A stretch of DNA of 51,125 nucleotides from Lacunisphaera sp. (GTDB lineage: Bacteria > Verrucomicrobiota > Verrucomicrobiia > Opitutales > Opitutaceae). The notes beneath the pieces were generated by a model. The model worked only from the letters and a program-made list of their open reading frames with translations. It was not told the origin of the DNA and did not search any database. The stretch is taken from assembly GCA_036568985.1 (NCBI GenBank), contig DATCRM010000109.1, forward strand, positions 1 to 51,125. Direction: 5' to 3'. Below are positions 1 through 9,549 of this stretch, in pieces; the first letter of the stretch is position 1; each line of letters starts with the position of its first letter. The translations under genes were made by a program, and so were the position numbers.

Positions 1-1444
1 GGACCTCGGGGTTGCCCGGCAGTCCAACCCACACCTTCCACCCGGCCCCATGCGCATAGTCCCGATAATCGACGTAGCCGGAATGGCCGGGGGCCCAAGC
101 TTCGTCGTTGCCGCCGATGCGCACGTAAAGCCGGCCGTGAACACCTTCGATTATTGCAGCATAGACCCCGGCGGCTTGGGCGTTGTTCTGGGGATGGATC
201 GGGCTGCCCGATTTCACCCCGGCGATCTTGCGGGCATTGATGAGCGCCTTGATTTTGCTGCGCAGATCGTCGCCCCAATCGAAATAGTGCTTCCAGTAAA
301 CGCAGGGTACGCCGGGATGCGTCAGGATGTAGGCGTAGCCTTGCTCCACCTCCCAGCCGTTGGCGAAACTGTCGAACTCGTGATGTTGCTGTGGCGTGCC
401 GTCCTCGTTGGTGCGATAACCGGTGTCGTGGTTCTCCAGGAACGTGACCGCGCGTTGTTTCCACGGCAGGCCGTCCGTGGTGTCGCCTACCATGCCGATA
501 CCCTGGCCGTAGCCGAAGAGCGCCCGGGGATTGCCCTTGTTGCTCTTCAGGGTGCCGTAGGTGGTGAAGTCGAAAACCGAACTGGCGGTCCGGAGGTGGT
601 CGGCGCCTCCGGGGGCGGGATTGGTCGCGGTGTTCCAGATCCAGCCGCGCTGGATGGCGTGGGCGCCCCAATCGTATTCGCCGACGGAAAAGGTCGGCTG
701 CGACGCGCGGTTATAGACCGCCACCCAGTGCGCGTTGAAGCCATGCACCATGTCGTAGCGCCAGCCGCGGTAGCCGAGGGAACGCAGCGACAGCATGGCC
801 TTGATCAGGTCGCGGCGGACGGTCGGGTTGCTGTGGTCAATGTCGCGGAAATCGGGATACGCGTAGTCCCGGCCGCCGCCGGCCAGGTAGGGCGGACTTT
901 CCTCGGGCGAGCCGCGCTGAGCCAGGGGGAGGTCGAACAGTGCGTTCGGATCGTGGGAAAAGAACACCTCGTCGTTGGCACAGATCGTAGCCGGTCCCCA
1001 GTCGGGATTCTTGAAGTCGGCCCATTTCGCCGTGCCGTCACGATGGTTGAAGACCAGATCCGCCACCGGCTCGATGCCGCTGGCAAGGAGCGTCTCGAGC
1101 AAGGCCCGGTGCTGCGCGGTATCGCCATAACTGTTGGCGAAATTGAAGTACTCCTTCGGGTTGTAGCCGGCGCTGTAGGTGCCGGCAAAAAACGGCGGTG
1201 GCAGCCAGAGGAGGTCGAAACGACCATTCCGGATGTCGGCGGCGCGAGCCCGCACCAGACTATACCAGCCGAGTTGGCCGAGATCCGGGAATTTCTCGGG
1301 ATGACCGAAACGATAGGATTCCCAATAGAATCCCTGCAGCATCACCCGGTCGTCATCGAACCCCGCCTGGGCCAGCCCGCGGGCGGAAAAGCTGACTGCG
1401 ACCAGCGCGATCAGCGTCCATCGTAGCACTCGTAGTGTTTTCAC
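1..1444 (-). CDS. Secreted GH13 alpha-amylase family protein (3' end runs off the window)
   Basis: Manual translation from GTG at 1444: signal peptide MKTLRVLRWTLIALVAV, then VMLQGFYWES, DLVFNHR, GWRYDMVHGF, VGEYDW and FLENHDT (GH13 regions I-IV). Absent from the ORF track because the stop codon is outside the window. Confidence 0.9.
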   Translation of the reverse strand, partial: MKTLRVLRWTLIALVAVSFSARGLAQAGFDDDRVMLQGFYWESYRFGHPEKFPDLGQLGWYSLVRARAADIRNGRFDLLWLPPPFFAGTYSAGYNPKEYFNFANSYGDTAQHRALLETLLASGIEPVADLVFNHRDGTAKWADFKNPDWGPATICANDEVFFSHDPNALFDLPLAQRGSPEESPPYLAGGGRDYAYPDFRDIDHSNPTVRRDLIKAMLSLRSLGYRGWRYDMVHGFNAHWVAVYNRASQPTFSVGEYDWGAHAIQRGWIWNTATNPAPGGADHLRTASSVFDFTTYGTLKSNKGNPRALFGYGQGIGMVGDTTDGLPWKQRAVTFLENHDTGYRTNEDGTPQQHHEFDSFANGWEVEQGYAYILTHPGVPCVYWKHYFDWGDDLRSKIKALINARKIAGVKSGSPIHPQNNAQAAGVYAAIIEGVHGRLYVRIGGNDEAWAPGHSGYVDYRDYAHGAGWKVWVGLPGNPEV

Positions 1445-1915
1445 GGTCCATTTCTCCTGCGGTTGAGATATTTACCATGACTGGCCCGGAGTATCCGCAG
1501 CAGTTTCCCGTCCACTTGCGAGTTTTTTTCGGTCGGTGCCTGCCGGGGGATGCGGTCTTCGCAGGGCTGCAGGTGACCGTGCAGCAGCGTTAAGTCCGCA
1601 GACTAAATGCGCGGCCGATAGCGGGTGCCTGAAGCCTGAAACCGACCTGCTGGATTCTTCACTGAGCCGTAACGGTGCAGTGAGAATCCATTCTCGCAGG
1701 AGGAACCGGTTTGAAAAATGATGTGCGCTGAACTCAGTGCGCTCCAGCTTCGAAGCCGGTCCATCTGGAGATGGACCCTCCTCTGCCTCTGGCGGTACCG
1801 AAGGCGGCCAAGGCCAGTCCGCTCCACCTCATGCTCGTTACAGCAAAGAAGATGAAGAGGCGATGGCACCGCTCACAGGTCGAAAGCGCTGATGTGGATG
1901 TGGCGCCGGTTCTAT

Positions 1916-2722
1916 TCAGGGCACATGCGAATGGTCGGACCTTACGACGGCGTCGACCAATGCCTCGGTATCTGCCCAGCGCGGGCGGCCGTAATAGTCG
2001 TGGAGGTGGAGTGCGTCCTCCATGGTGAGGGTTTTTTCCGGATCGTAAGGCGGGCTCGCCTTGATGGCATCGCGGGTGAGATTCATATGAATCCGGCGTT
2101 CGGGCCAGTTGATGTCCGACGTCCACCACGGCGACAGAATCACCTTTTTCCCCGGCCACCAGTTGCGGGTGGAAACGACCAGGTAGCGCACCGCCCACAC
2201 ATGCTCGTCGAAGAGGAAATCCTCGACGTGACCGATCTCGCCATCCGCAGCCATGACGTGATGACCGGCAACGGCATTGGCGCTGAAGAGATGCGGATCG
2301 CCCTCAAGTTCCGTCTTATCGACACGGTGCGGAATAGGTGGCGGCGTAGCGAGCACCGGGTCGATCGGTGGAATGCCGGGGCCGCTGGAGTAGGCTACGC
2401 CCCAATAGACGGGCCAGCCGTAGTGCTTGCGGATGGCCGCCTCGTATTGACGCGAGACGGGTTGGTCGGTCTCCAGCCCCGGGCTCGTGCGAATTTGTTC
2501 GCGCGTAAGATCAACCCGCAGGACCTCCTGGTGCCAGTCGGGCGCGAGCGTGCTCTCCGGCGAGATGAGCACTTGGCGGTGCTTCGTCCATTTGCCGGGA
2601 TCGACGACGAAATAGCGGAGGTTCCAGAGGAGCGTATCGAACCAGAGATCCTTCACGCGGCCGATTTCACCGTCGGTCGCCAGGAGCGAGCAGGCTTTGA
2701 GTTGTTTGGCAGTGCGGAACAT
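1916..2722 (-). CDS. Tandem PRC-barrel domain protein
   Basis: Two repeats of ATDGEIGxVxDxxFDxxxWxxRYxVV. Confidence 0.85.
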   Translation of the reverse strand: MFRTAKQLKACSLLATDGEIGRVKDLWFDTLLWNLRYFVVDPGKWTKHRQVLISPESTLAPDWHQEVLRVDLTREQIRTSPGLETDQPVSRQYEAAIRKHYGWPVYWGVAYSSGPGIPPIDPVLATPPPIPHRVDKTELEGDPHLFSANAVAGHHVMAADGEIGHVEDFLFDEHVWAVRYLVVSTRNWWPGKKVILSPWWTSDINWPERRIHMNLTRDAIKASPPYDPEKTLTMEDALHLHDYYGRPRWADTEALVDAVVRSDHSHVP

Positions 2723-2870
2723 GGGAGAGGGCGGCGGGTGCCGCGGTTAAGGGTTATTAGAGCGTGTTTTCAAACCCGATTCGTCATCCTGAACGAAGTG
2801 AAGGATCCAGCATGATGTCCGCCGGCGGTTGTGCTATTGGATCCTCCGCACGGCTTCGCCCATGCGTGCG

Positions 2871-3299
2871 TCACGCGTGCGCTCCGGCGGGTTGGGAAAT
2901 TTCGCGCAACGCCTCGCCCGACAAACCGGCGCCGGCCTGCTTGGCGACGTCGCCGAGGGAAACGATGCCCACGAGGCGCTTCTCCCGGTTTAGCACTGGC
3001 AGGCGCCTGATTTGGTTCAGTTCCATGATATGGGCGGCCTCTTCGACGTTCTGGTCTTCGAAAGCATAGACGATCTCGGGGGACATCACCGTTCGGACCG
3101 ACGTGATCGAGGGATCGCGTGATTCCGCTATGCCGCGAATCGCGATGTCGCGATCGGTGATGATGCCGGCCAAGCGTTCGTTTTCGCACACCGGCAGCGC
3201 ACCCACGTCGAGTTCGCGCATGATGCTGGCGGCTGCGGTGAGAGGCGCGTCGGGACCGACGCAGCGGGCCCCGCTAGTCATGATGTCTCGGATTTTCAT
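2871..3299 (-). CDS. CBS domain-pair protein
   Basis: MKIRDIMT...GALPV...GIITDRDI...IRRLPV...GIVSLGD. Start trimmed to the ATG at 3299. Confidence 0.88.
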   Translation of the reverse strand: MKIRDIMTSGARCVGPDAPLTAAASIMRELDVGALPVCENERLAGIITDRDIAIRGIAESRDPSITSVRTVMSPEIVYAFEDQNVEEAAHIMELNQIRRLPVLNREKRLVGIVSLGDVAKQAGAGLSGEALREISQPAGAHA

Positions 3300-3616
3300 G
3301 CGGCCAATGTAGCCACGCCGCAGGCCGCTGCCATGGGGGCGATTCCTGTCCCCGGCCACAGGGATGCCCCGGGTCTTATACAAAGGTAAGAGCGGTTACC
3401 CTCATTGGCCGTTCGCTGATTCCCTTCCGATCAAGGTTGGCCACAAAAAGCGCAAAAGTCGCAAAAAGGAATTCGGTGATCGGTGCAGAGGATGTTTACA
3501 CGAAGGACGCAAAGGAAGCGAAGGCTCTCGGGCGGTCAGGTCTCGCGGCGCATCAAGGCGGTGTTGTCCTCCGCGACTTGCGACCAACGCCGATGACCGC
3601 GGTCGCCCGTCGCCGC

Positions 3617-3958
3617 TTATTCTTTCTTCTTTTTCCGCCGGAGCGTGTAGCCGCTCTTGCCGAAGAGTTTCTTCAGTTCGGCTTTGGCTTCCTCAAGGGT
3701 GAGTTTTTTCGCCGGGCTAAGGTTACGGCCTGCGCGATTCTCGTAGAATGTGAGCATCGAGATAGCTGAGCGGTAGGGGTTGGCCTTGCGACGGTGGCTG
3801 TGTTCCGAAGAGCGTTTGACCGACCGGGCGATGCGTCGTGGATCGTTGGAGCGGAAGATGCCGGTTTCGAGGGTCATCGCGTCGCTGGTATCGGTGACCC
3901 GTGCCGACCACCTGCGAGCGGCTGTGCGGGAGTACCGACTGTGGGGGTTCTTTTTCAT
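3617..3958 (-). CDS. DUF3175 family protein
   Basis: WSARVT.TSDAMTLE.GIF...SSEHSHRRKANPYRSAISMLTFYENRAGRNL signature. Confidence 0.8.
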   Translation of the reverse strand: MKKNPHSRYSRTAARRWSARVTDTSDAMTLETGIFRSNDPRRIARSVKRSSEHSHRRKANPYRSAISMLTFYENRAGRNLSPAKKLTLEEAKAELKKLFGKSGYTLRRKKKKE

Positions 3959-4221
3959 GGTGAAAGGAGGTTCATCCTCCTGACTGACAGCGAGTGAGTG
4001 CTTCCGGTTCGCGGGTTTTTAAGCGTTCGCCACCGAAAAATCCCGGTCGATAAGGCCTTTCGGATAATCGGCTAAATGGATGGCTGAAAGGGTCTACACG
4101 AAGGAAGCGCTGGGAGCGAAGGGTTCGGGACCGGGGCTATCCGTTGAGCCGCGTATGCCTCTCGCGGGGCTGATGGCCCCGCCTCCATTCTCAGCATGCT
4201 CGGGATTTGCTCCGAGGATAT

Positions 4222-4782
4222 TTATTTCCAGAAGAAGTAAAAGACGGCGCCGGTGCCGAGGGCGTAGAGAGCGGCGTCCAGGAAGTACTTCGCGCTCGAG
4301 CCCCATGGGCGGCCAGTCCAGATCGATTCCTGCACGGTGCCGAAGCCGTGGGCGATGAAGGTGACTGCGCCAGCCCATTTCGCCGCGCGCGCGGCGGTGG
4401 CCGGATCCAGCCCGCAGGCGCGCCACGCCAGATACGCGGCGACGAGTGCGACGATCACCGTCCACAGAAACCATTGTCCGAGATATTTCCCCATATTGGG
4501 CGTGCCGCTGCGCAGGATCGTGAAGTGCATCACGGGGCCTTCCTGGTATTTTTTGATCATCTCGGGGCTGCTCATTTCCTTCATGTCCTTGCAATGTGGA
4601 ATGACGTAACGGCCGGGAGTGGGCTGGCCGGCGTTGATCGCGGCGCGGATGGCGTCCTCGTTGGGCACGCTGTTGTAATCGCTCGCGTGCCACTTGAAGA
4701 CCATATGAACGAGGGAACTGATCACGAATACGACCACTGCGCTGAGCAGGATCGGCAGCCAGAGGGAGAGCAGAGCATTCAT
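4222..4782 (-). CDS. Hypothetical integral membrane protein
   Basis: About four hydrophobic segments and GC-rich codon usage; start MNALLSLWLP. Confidence 0.75.
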   Translation of the reverse strand: MNALLSLWLPILLSAVVVFVISSLVHMVFKWHASDYNSVPNEDAIRAAINAGQPTPGRYVIPHCKDMKEMSSPEMIKKYQEGPVMHFTILRSGTPNMGKYLGQWFLWTVIVALVAAYLAWRACGLDPATAARAAKWAGAVTFIAHGFGTVQESIWTGRPWGSSAKYFLDAALYALGTGAVFYFFWK

Positions 4783-5514
4783 GGAGAAAAACGGGAGCGA
4801 GGTGACTGCTCTTGTGTCTCCCACAAAGCTTATGGGAACTGAAGCCGGAAATGAGGCTGAGGGATTTCAGCGGGGAGTCTTACACGAAGGACGCAAAGTT
4901 AGCGAAGATCCCGATTCGCCAAAGGAGGGTTGGCCACAAAAACACCAAAAGGCGCAAAAGGATTTCGCCGATCGGTACGAGGATCGCACCTCCTTTGCTT
5001 TCTCCGCCGCCTTCGGGTGAAAAACGGTTTGGAGAGGGCGGGAGTTCACTCGACGCATCGGACCGGAAGATCCCCGATAGCGGATTATTTCCAACTGGCT
5101 AGAGTGGTGGTGCGCAGATGCACAAGTCGCCCAGAAAAATCCAGAGAGTAATATCCGAGGATTGGTTGGACAAAAGTTCAGTCTCATTCGCCGATTAACA
5201 TCACCGAAAAGGCAGAACCTAAAAACGCGCATTTGCGTCTCTTGATAGCCCGGCCGGTTTCGTCCCCGGCCGGGCTTCTCGTTTTTTACTGAGCCTCGCA
5301 TAATAGGCTGACGGGTAGGGCGCACCGGCCCAGTCCGTCGGGAACGTGATACCGCCCTCGCGGCGCACCGGGGCCGGTGCGCCCTACCTCTGACAAGGCA
5401 AGCGTCAGTCTATTTCGCGAGCCTCAATAAGGTATAAACAGGTGACGCGTGGGAGGGCGAACAGCCGTCTGACGATGGCCGCTTCGCTCAAGCGACGCGA
5501 AGTGGAGGAATGCC

Positions 5515-6738
5515 TTACTTCAACGCGGCGGCGATGCGGGTAAGCGCGGTCTCCACGTTTTCGCGGGAGTTGAAGGCGCTGATGCGGACGTGGCCTTCGC
5601 CGCATTTGCCAAAGCCGGCGCCGGGGGTACAGACGACCTGCGCCTTGTTCAGGAGGAGGTCGAAGAATTCCCACGAGTCGCGGCCGGTGTTCACCCAAAT
5701 GTAGGGGGCGTTGTCGCCGCCGATGCACGTGAACCCCAGCTTCGTCATGGCGTCGCGGATGAGCTTGGCGTTGGCGAGGTAGAAATTGATGAGGTCGCCC
5801 GTCTGCTTCTTGCCGGCTTCGGTGAAGATGGCGGCGGCGGCTTTCTGAATCGGATAGGCCACGCCGTTGAACTTCGTGGTGTGGCGGCGATTCCAGAGGG
5901 CGTGCAGGGGGTGGGCAGCGCCGGCGGCGTCATACGCCACGAGCGACTTGGGTACGACCGTGTAAGCGCAGCGCGTGCCGGTGAAGCCGGCGGTCTTGGA
6001 AAAGCTACGGAATTCGATGGCGACATCGCGCGCGCCCTCGATCTCGTAGATCGAGCGCGGGATCTGCGGATCGCGGATGTAAGCTTCGTAAGCGGAGTCG
6101 AAGAGGATGACGGCCTTGTTGGCCTTCGCATAGGCGACCCAGGCCGCGAGCTGGGCCTTGGTGGCGACGGCGCCCGTCGGGTTGTTGGGGAAGCAGAGAT
6201 AGATGAGATCCGTCGCAACGCCGGGGACCGCGGGAACATAACCGTTGGCTGGCGTGCAGTCGAGATAGGTGATGCCTTGATAGCGGCCGTCGACGTTCGC
6301 GCCAGTGCGGCCGGCCATGACGTTGGTGTCCACGTAAACGGGATAAACCGGATCGGGGATGGCGAGGCGGACGTCGTTGGAGAAAATTTCCTGGATGTTG
6401 CCGCAATCGCACTTGGATCCGTCGGAGATAAAGATTTCATCGGCGGCGATGTTGCAGCCGCGGGCGGCGTAGTCGTGCTGGGCAATGGCTTCGCGCAGGA
6501 AGCCGTAGCCCTGCTCAGGACCGTAGCCCTTGAAGGTGGCGCGGGCGGCCATCTCGTCGGTGGCAGCATGGAGGGCCTCGACGCAGACCGGGGGAAGGGG
6601 TTCGGTGACGTCGCCGATGCCGAGGCGGATGACCGGCTTGCCGGGATTGGCGGCGACGTAAGCGCTCACGCGCTTGGCGATGTCGGCAAAGAGGTAGGAG
6701 GCCTTGAGCTTGTTGTAATTCTCGTTGATGCGAATCAT
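5515..6738 (-). CDS. dapL: LL-diaminopimelate aminotransferase
   Basis: [45 protein letters not shown] motifs. Confidence 0.95.
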   Translation of the reverse strand: MIRINENYNKLKASYLFADIAKRVSAYVAANPGKPVIRLGIGDVTEPLPPVCVEALHAATDEMAARATFKGYGPEQGYGFLREAIAQHDYAARGCNIAADEIFISDGSKCDCGNIQEIFSNDVRLAIPDPVYPVYVDTNVMAGRTGANVDGRYQGITYLDCTPANGYVPAVPGVATDLIYLCFPNNPTGAVATKAQLAAWVAYAKANKAVILFDSAYEAYIRDPQIPRSIYEIEGARDVAIEFRSFSKTAGFTGTRCAYTVVPKSLVAYDAAGAAHPLHALWNRRHTTKFNGVAYPIQKAAAAIFTEAGKKQTGDLINFYLANAKLIRDAMTKLGFTCIGGDNAPYIWVNTGRDSWEFFDLLLNKAQVVCTPGAGFGKCGEGHVRISAFNSRENVETALTRIAAALK

Positions 6739-6981
6739 GGGAAAGGAAGGGATGAGGGAGCAAGGACCGAGGACCAGGGACTAAAGACAGGAAACTGGAG
6801 CGGTAGGGGCAGGGATTGAAGCTTGCGGCTGCCAAGCTCGCGCGGGCGAAGATTAATGATGTAAGTAAGTTAGTTGGCTTGAGGTCTCTTGTCTCTGGTC
6901 CTTGGTCTTTTGGTCCGAGTCTGTTTGGTAGGAGGGCTTGATAAAGGGAACGGGGTCTGGTTATTCAAGTCCGTTTACCCC

Positions 6982-7824
6982 ATGCAGAAAATCGAAACCA
7001 TCACAGCGATGCGCGAAGCCGCGGCGGCGCTGCGATCGGGTGGCAGGAAAATCGCATTCATCCCGACGCTCGGCAGCTTGCACGCGGGGCACGCGAGCCT
7101 GATCCGGCTGGCGAAGGAAGGCGGGGCGGCGGTGGTGGTGTCGGCGTTCGTCAACCCGCTGCAGTTCGGGCCGAGCGAGGATTACGTGAAGTACCCGCGC
7201 AATCCGGCCGCGGACGCGTTGCTGGCGGAAAAAGAGGGCGTGGACATCCTGTTCACGCCGACCGCCGAAGAGATGTTTCCCAAGGGCTTCTCGTCGTTGG
7301 TGCAGGAGGAGGCGGTCAGCAAGCCGTTGTGCGGGGTGGCGCGGCCGGCGCTATTTCGCGGCACGCTCACGTGCTGGTTGAAGCTGTTCAACATCATCCA
7401 GCCGAGTCTGGTGGTGCTGGGCGAGAAGGACGTCCAGCAGGTGGCGGTGGTCAAAAAGGCCGCAGCTGACCTGTTGTTCCCTTTTGAAATCATCACGGGA
7501 CCGGTCGTGCGCGATGCGGACGGCATGGCGGTAAGCGCCCGCAACAATTACCTGACCCCGTCACAGCGCGAGGAGGCCCTTGCAGTGGTGAAAGCCCTGC
7601 GCACAGCCAGGGAAATGGTCGACTCCGGCGTGCGGAGCACGGACCGCGTCGTGGCTGAGGCGACTCACATCATGGGGCAGAAGCGACGCCTCCGCGTGAT
7701 CTATATTGCAGTCGTTGATCGGCGCACGATGGAGCAGGTGCGCGAGATCGTGACCGGCCAGTGCCTCATGGCGGTGTCCTTCTGGGTGGATGAAGTCCGC
7801 CTCACGGACAACATGCCGCTTTGA
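6982..7824 (+). CDS. panC: Pantoate--beta-alanine ligase
   Basis: IPTLGSLHAGHASL, FVNPLQFGPSED, GEKD.QQ, RLTDN; start MQKIET. Confidence 0.93.
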   Translation: MQKIETITAMREAAAALRSGGRKIAFIPTLGSLHAGHASLIRLAKEGGAAVVVSAFVNPLQFGPSEDYVKYPRNPAADALLAEKEGVDILFTPTAEEMFPKGFSSLVQEEAVSKPLCGVARPALFRGTLTCWLKLFNIIQPSLVVLGEKDVQQVAVVKKAAADLLFPFEIITGPVVRDADGMAVSARNNYLTPSQREEALAVVKALRTAREMVDSGVRSTDRVVAEATHIMGQKRRLRVIYIAVVDRRTMEQVREIVTGQCLMAVSFWVDEVRLTDNMPL

Positions 7825-8268
7825 ACCCTGAAAAGAGGCTGTGAATAACTTGTCAGCCGACGCCGGGATTCACTCGGAGCGAGCGCCTTTTCCGGATTTG
7901 TGAACAGTCCGCGCGCGCACGGTGCCTGCTCTCGGGCGCCCCTAAGGAGCAAGTCGATCGCGGCATGAGGTCGCCGCCGTCAGAGGGAAACCGCCTATTA
8001 GTTTCTTTATAATACATTGGTAGCAAGAGAACTGCCCGCCGTGAAAATTCATTTGTGAAAATGTCCCTGGCTCTGTCGTGGGAGTGATCGGCTGAGGAGG
8101 TTTCTAATTCGTTCCAGGCGGGACGCCCGGAAAACAAGGCATTCCCGACTGAAGGCTCATATTACGATCGGGTGAATCAGGAGTGTGAAGAAAGCTGGAG
8201 ATAGCGCCTGTCGGGGCGGTGACTGAGGGGTTGTATTTTACGTCTATCTTTGGGACGACTGGGGCGTT

Positions 8269-9237
8269 GTGAGCACCCCTTTTCCCGATAAACCACGCAT
8301 TGCGATCATCGGCGCCGGCGCCTTGGGCTGCTATTACGGCGCGCGCCTGGTGAAAGCCGGCGAGGACGTCCATTTTCTGGCCCGCAGCGGCCGCGCAGCG
8401 CTGACGGCGCGCGGGATGAAAGTGAAAACACCGACCGAGCGCATCACCGTACGGAAGGTGCAGGTTTACGGCTCGGCGGCGGAGATTGGACCGTGCGATC
8501 TGATCGTCATTGCGACCAAGGCCACGGCCAACGAGGCCTTGAAGACGATTTTGCCGCCGCTGCTGAAACCGGATACCGCGGTGCTCACGTTGCAGAATGG
8601 CTTGGGCGTGGAGGAACCGATCGCGGACATTGTCGGGCCCGCGCGAGTCATTGGCGCCATTTGCTACATCGGCTGCATGCGCACGGGGCCGGGGGTGGTG
8701 GACTGTTCCTTCCCCGGGCTGATGACCATCGGCAAGTTCGGCAAGCCGGCCGGCGAGCGAACGCAGGCGGTGGCGTCGTTGTGGCGTCGCGCCGGCGTGA
8801 AGTGCAGCGCGCAGGACAACCTGGAACAGCAGCGCTGGCACAAGCTCGTCTGGAACGTGCCGTTCAACGGGCTGGCGATCGTGGCGGGTGGCATTACCAC
8901 GGATGTACTCATTGCCGACGAGGGACTGCGTTTGCTGGCGCGTCGTTTGATGGAGGAGGTCGTTGAGGCCGCCGCGAAGTTCGGCCATGAGATTTCGCGA
9001 TCCTTCGTCGACCTGCAGTTTGAACGCACCGAGAAGATGGGCGCGTACAAGCCATCCAGCCTGATCGATTTCGAAGAGGGACGGGACATGGAGATCGAGG
9101 AAATCTGGGGCGAGCCGGTGCGCCGCGCCAAGTCCGTCGGCGCCGCGGTGCCGCGCATGGAAATGCTTTACTGGCTGATCAAGCAGCGCCTCGCCGCCCG
9201 TAACGCCAAGCTGAAAGCCAAGGCGAAGAAGCGGTGA
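8269..9237 (+). CDS. panE: 2-dehydropantoate 2-reductase
   Basis: IIGAGALG Rossmann motif, LQNGLG, WHKLVWNVPFNG, YKPSSLID...EIE. Confidence 0.9.
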   Translation: MSTPFPDKPRIAIIGAGALGCYYGARLVKAGEDVHFLARSGRAALTARGMKVKTPTERITVRKVQVYGSAAEIGPCDLIVIATKATANEALKTILPPLLKPDTAVLTLQNGLGVEEPIADIVGPARVIGAICYIGCMRTGPGVVDCSFPGLMTIGKFGKPAGERTQAVASLWRRAGVKCSAQDNLEQQRWHKLVWNVPFNGLAIVAGGITTDVLIADEGLRLLARRLMEEVVEAAAKFGHEISRSFVDLQFERTEKMGAYKPSSLIDFEEGRDMEIEEIWGEPVRRAKSVGAAVPRMEMLYWLIKQRLAARNAKLKAKAKKR

Positions 9238-9549
9238 GGGACTTTGTCTGGGCCATAGCCTTTGGAGGGCTCGCGTCCCTGCGAGCCGGCCCGCAGAGAC
9301 GCGGGCCCTCCACGAAATACAACGATCCCGTCCGGTTGCCGGCCTCGCGGCGACTCGGCCCGTCATCCTGAACGCAGCGAGGGAGCCGAGACGACGTTTG
9401 TCATTCGAATGGAGGGTCGACCTCCTGCGAGACCTATCCCCGATGAACGGCCTCGCGGGAGCTCGGCCCTCCACGACGATGAGGTCCGTTGGTTTATCAG
9501 AGTTGCGCTTGTGTCATAAGGCTTCCTAGCTTCAGCGAAACACCACCTG

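Noticed and set aside
50-1426. 458-aa plus-strand ORF
   Set aside because: Antisense shadow of the GH13 gene on the minus strand.
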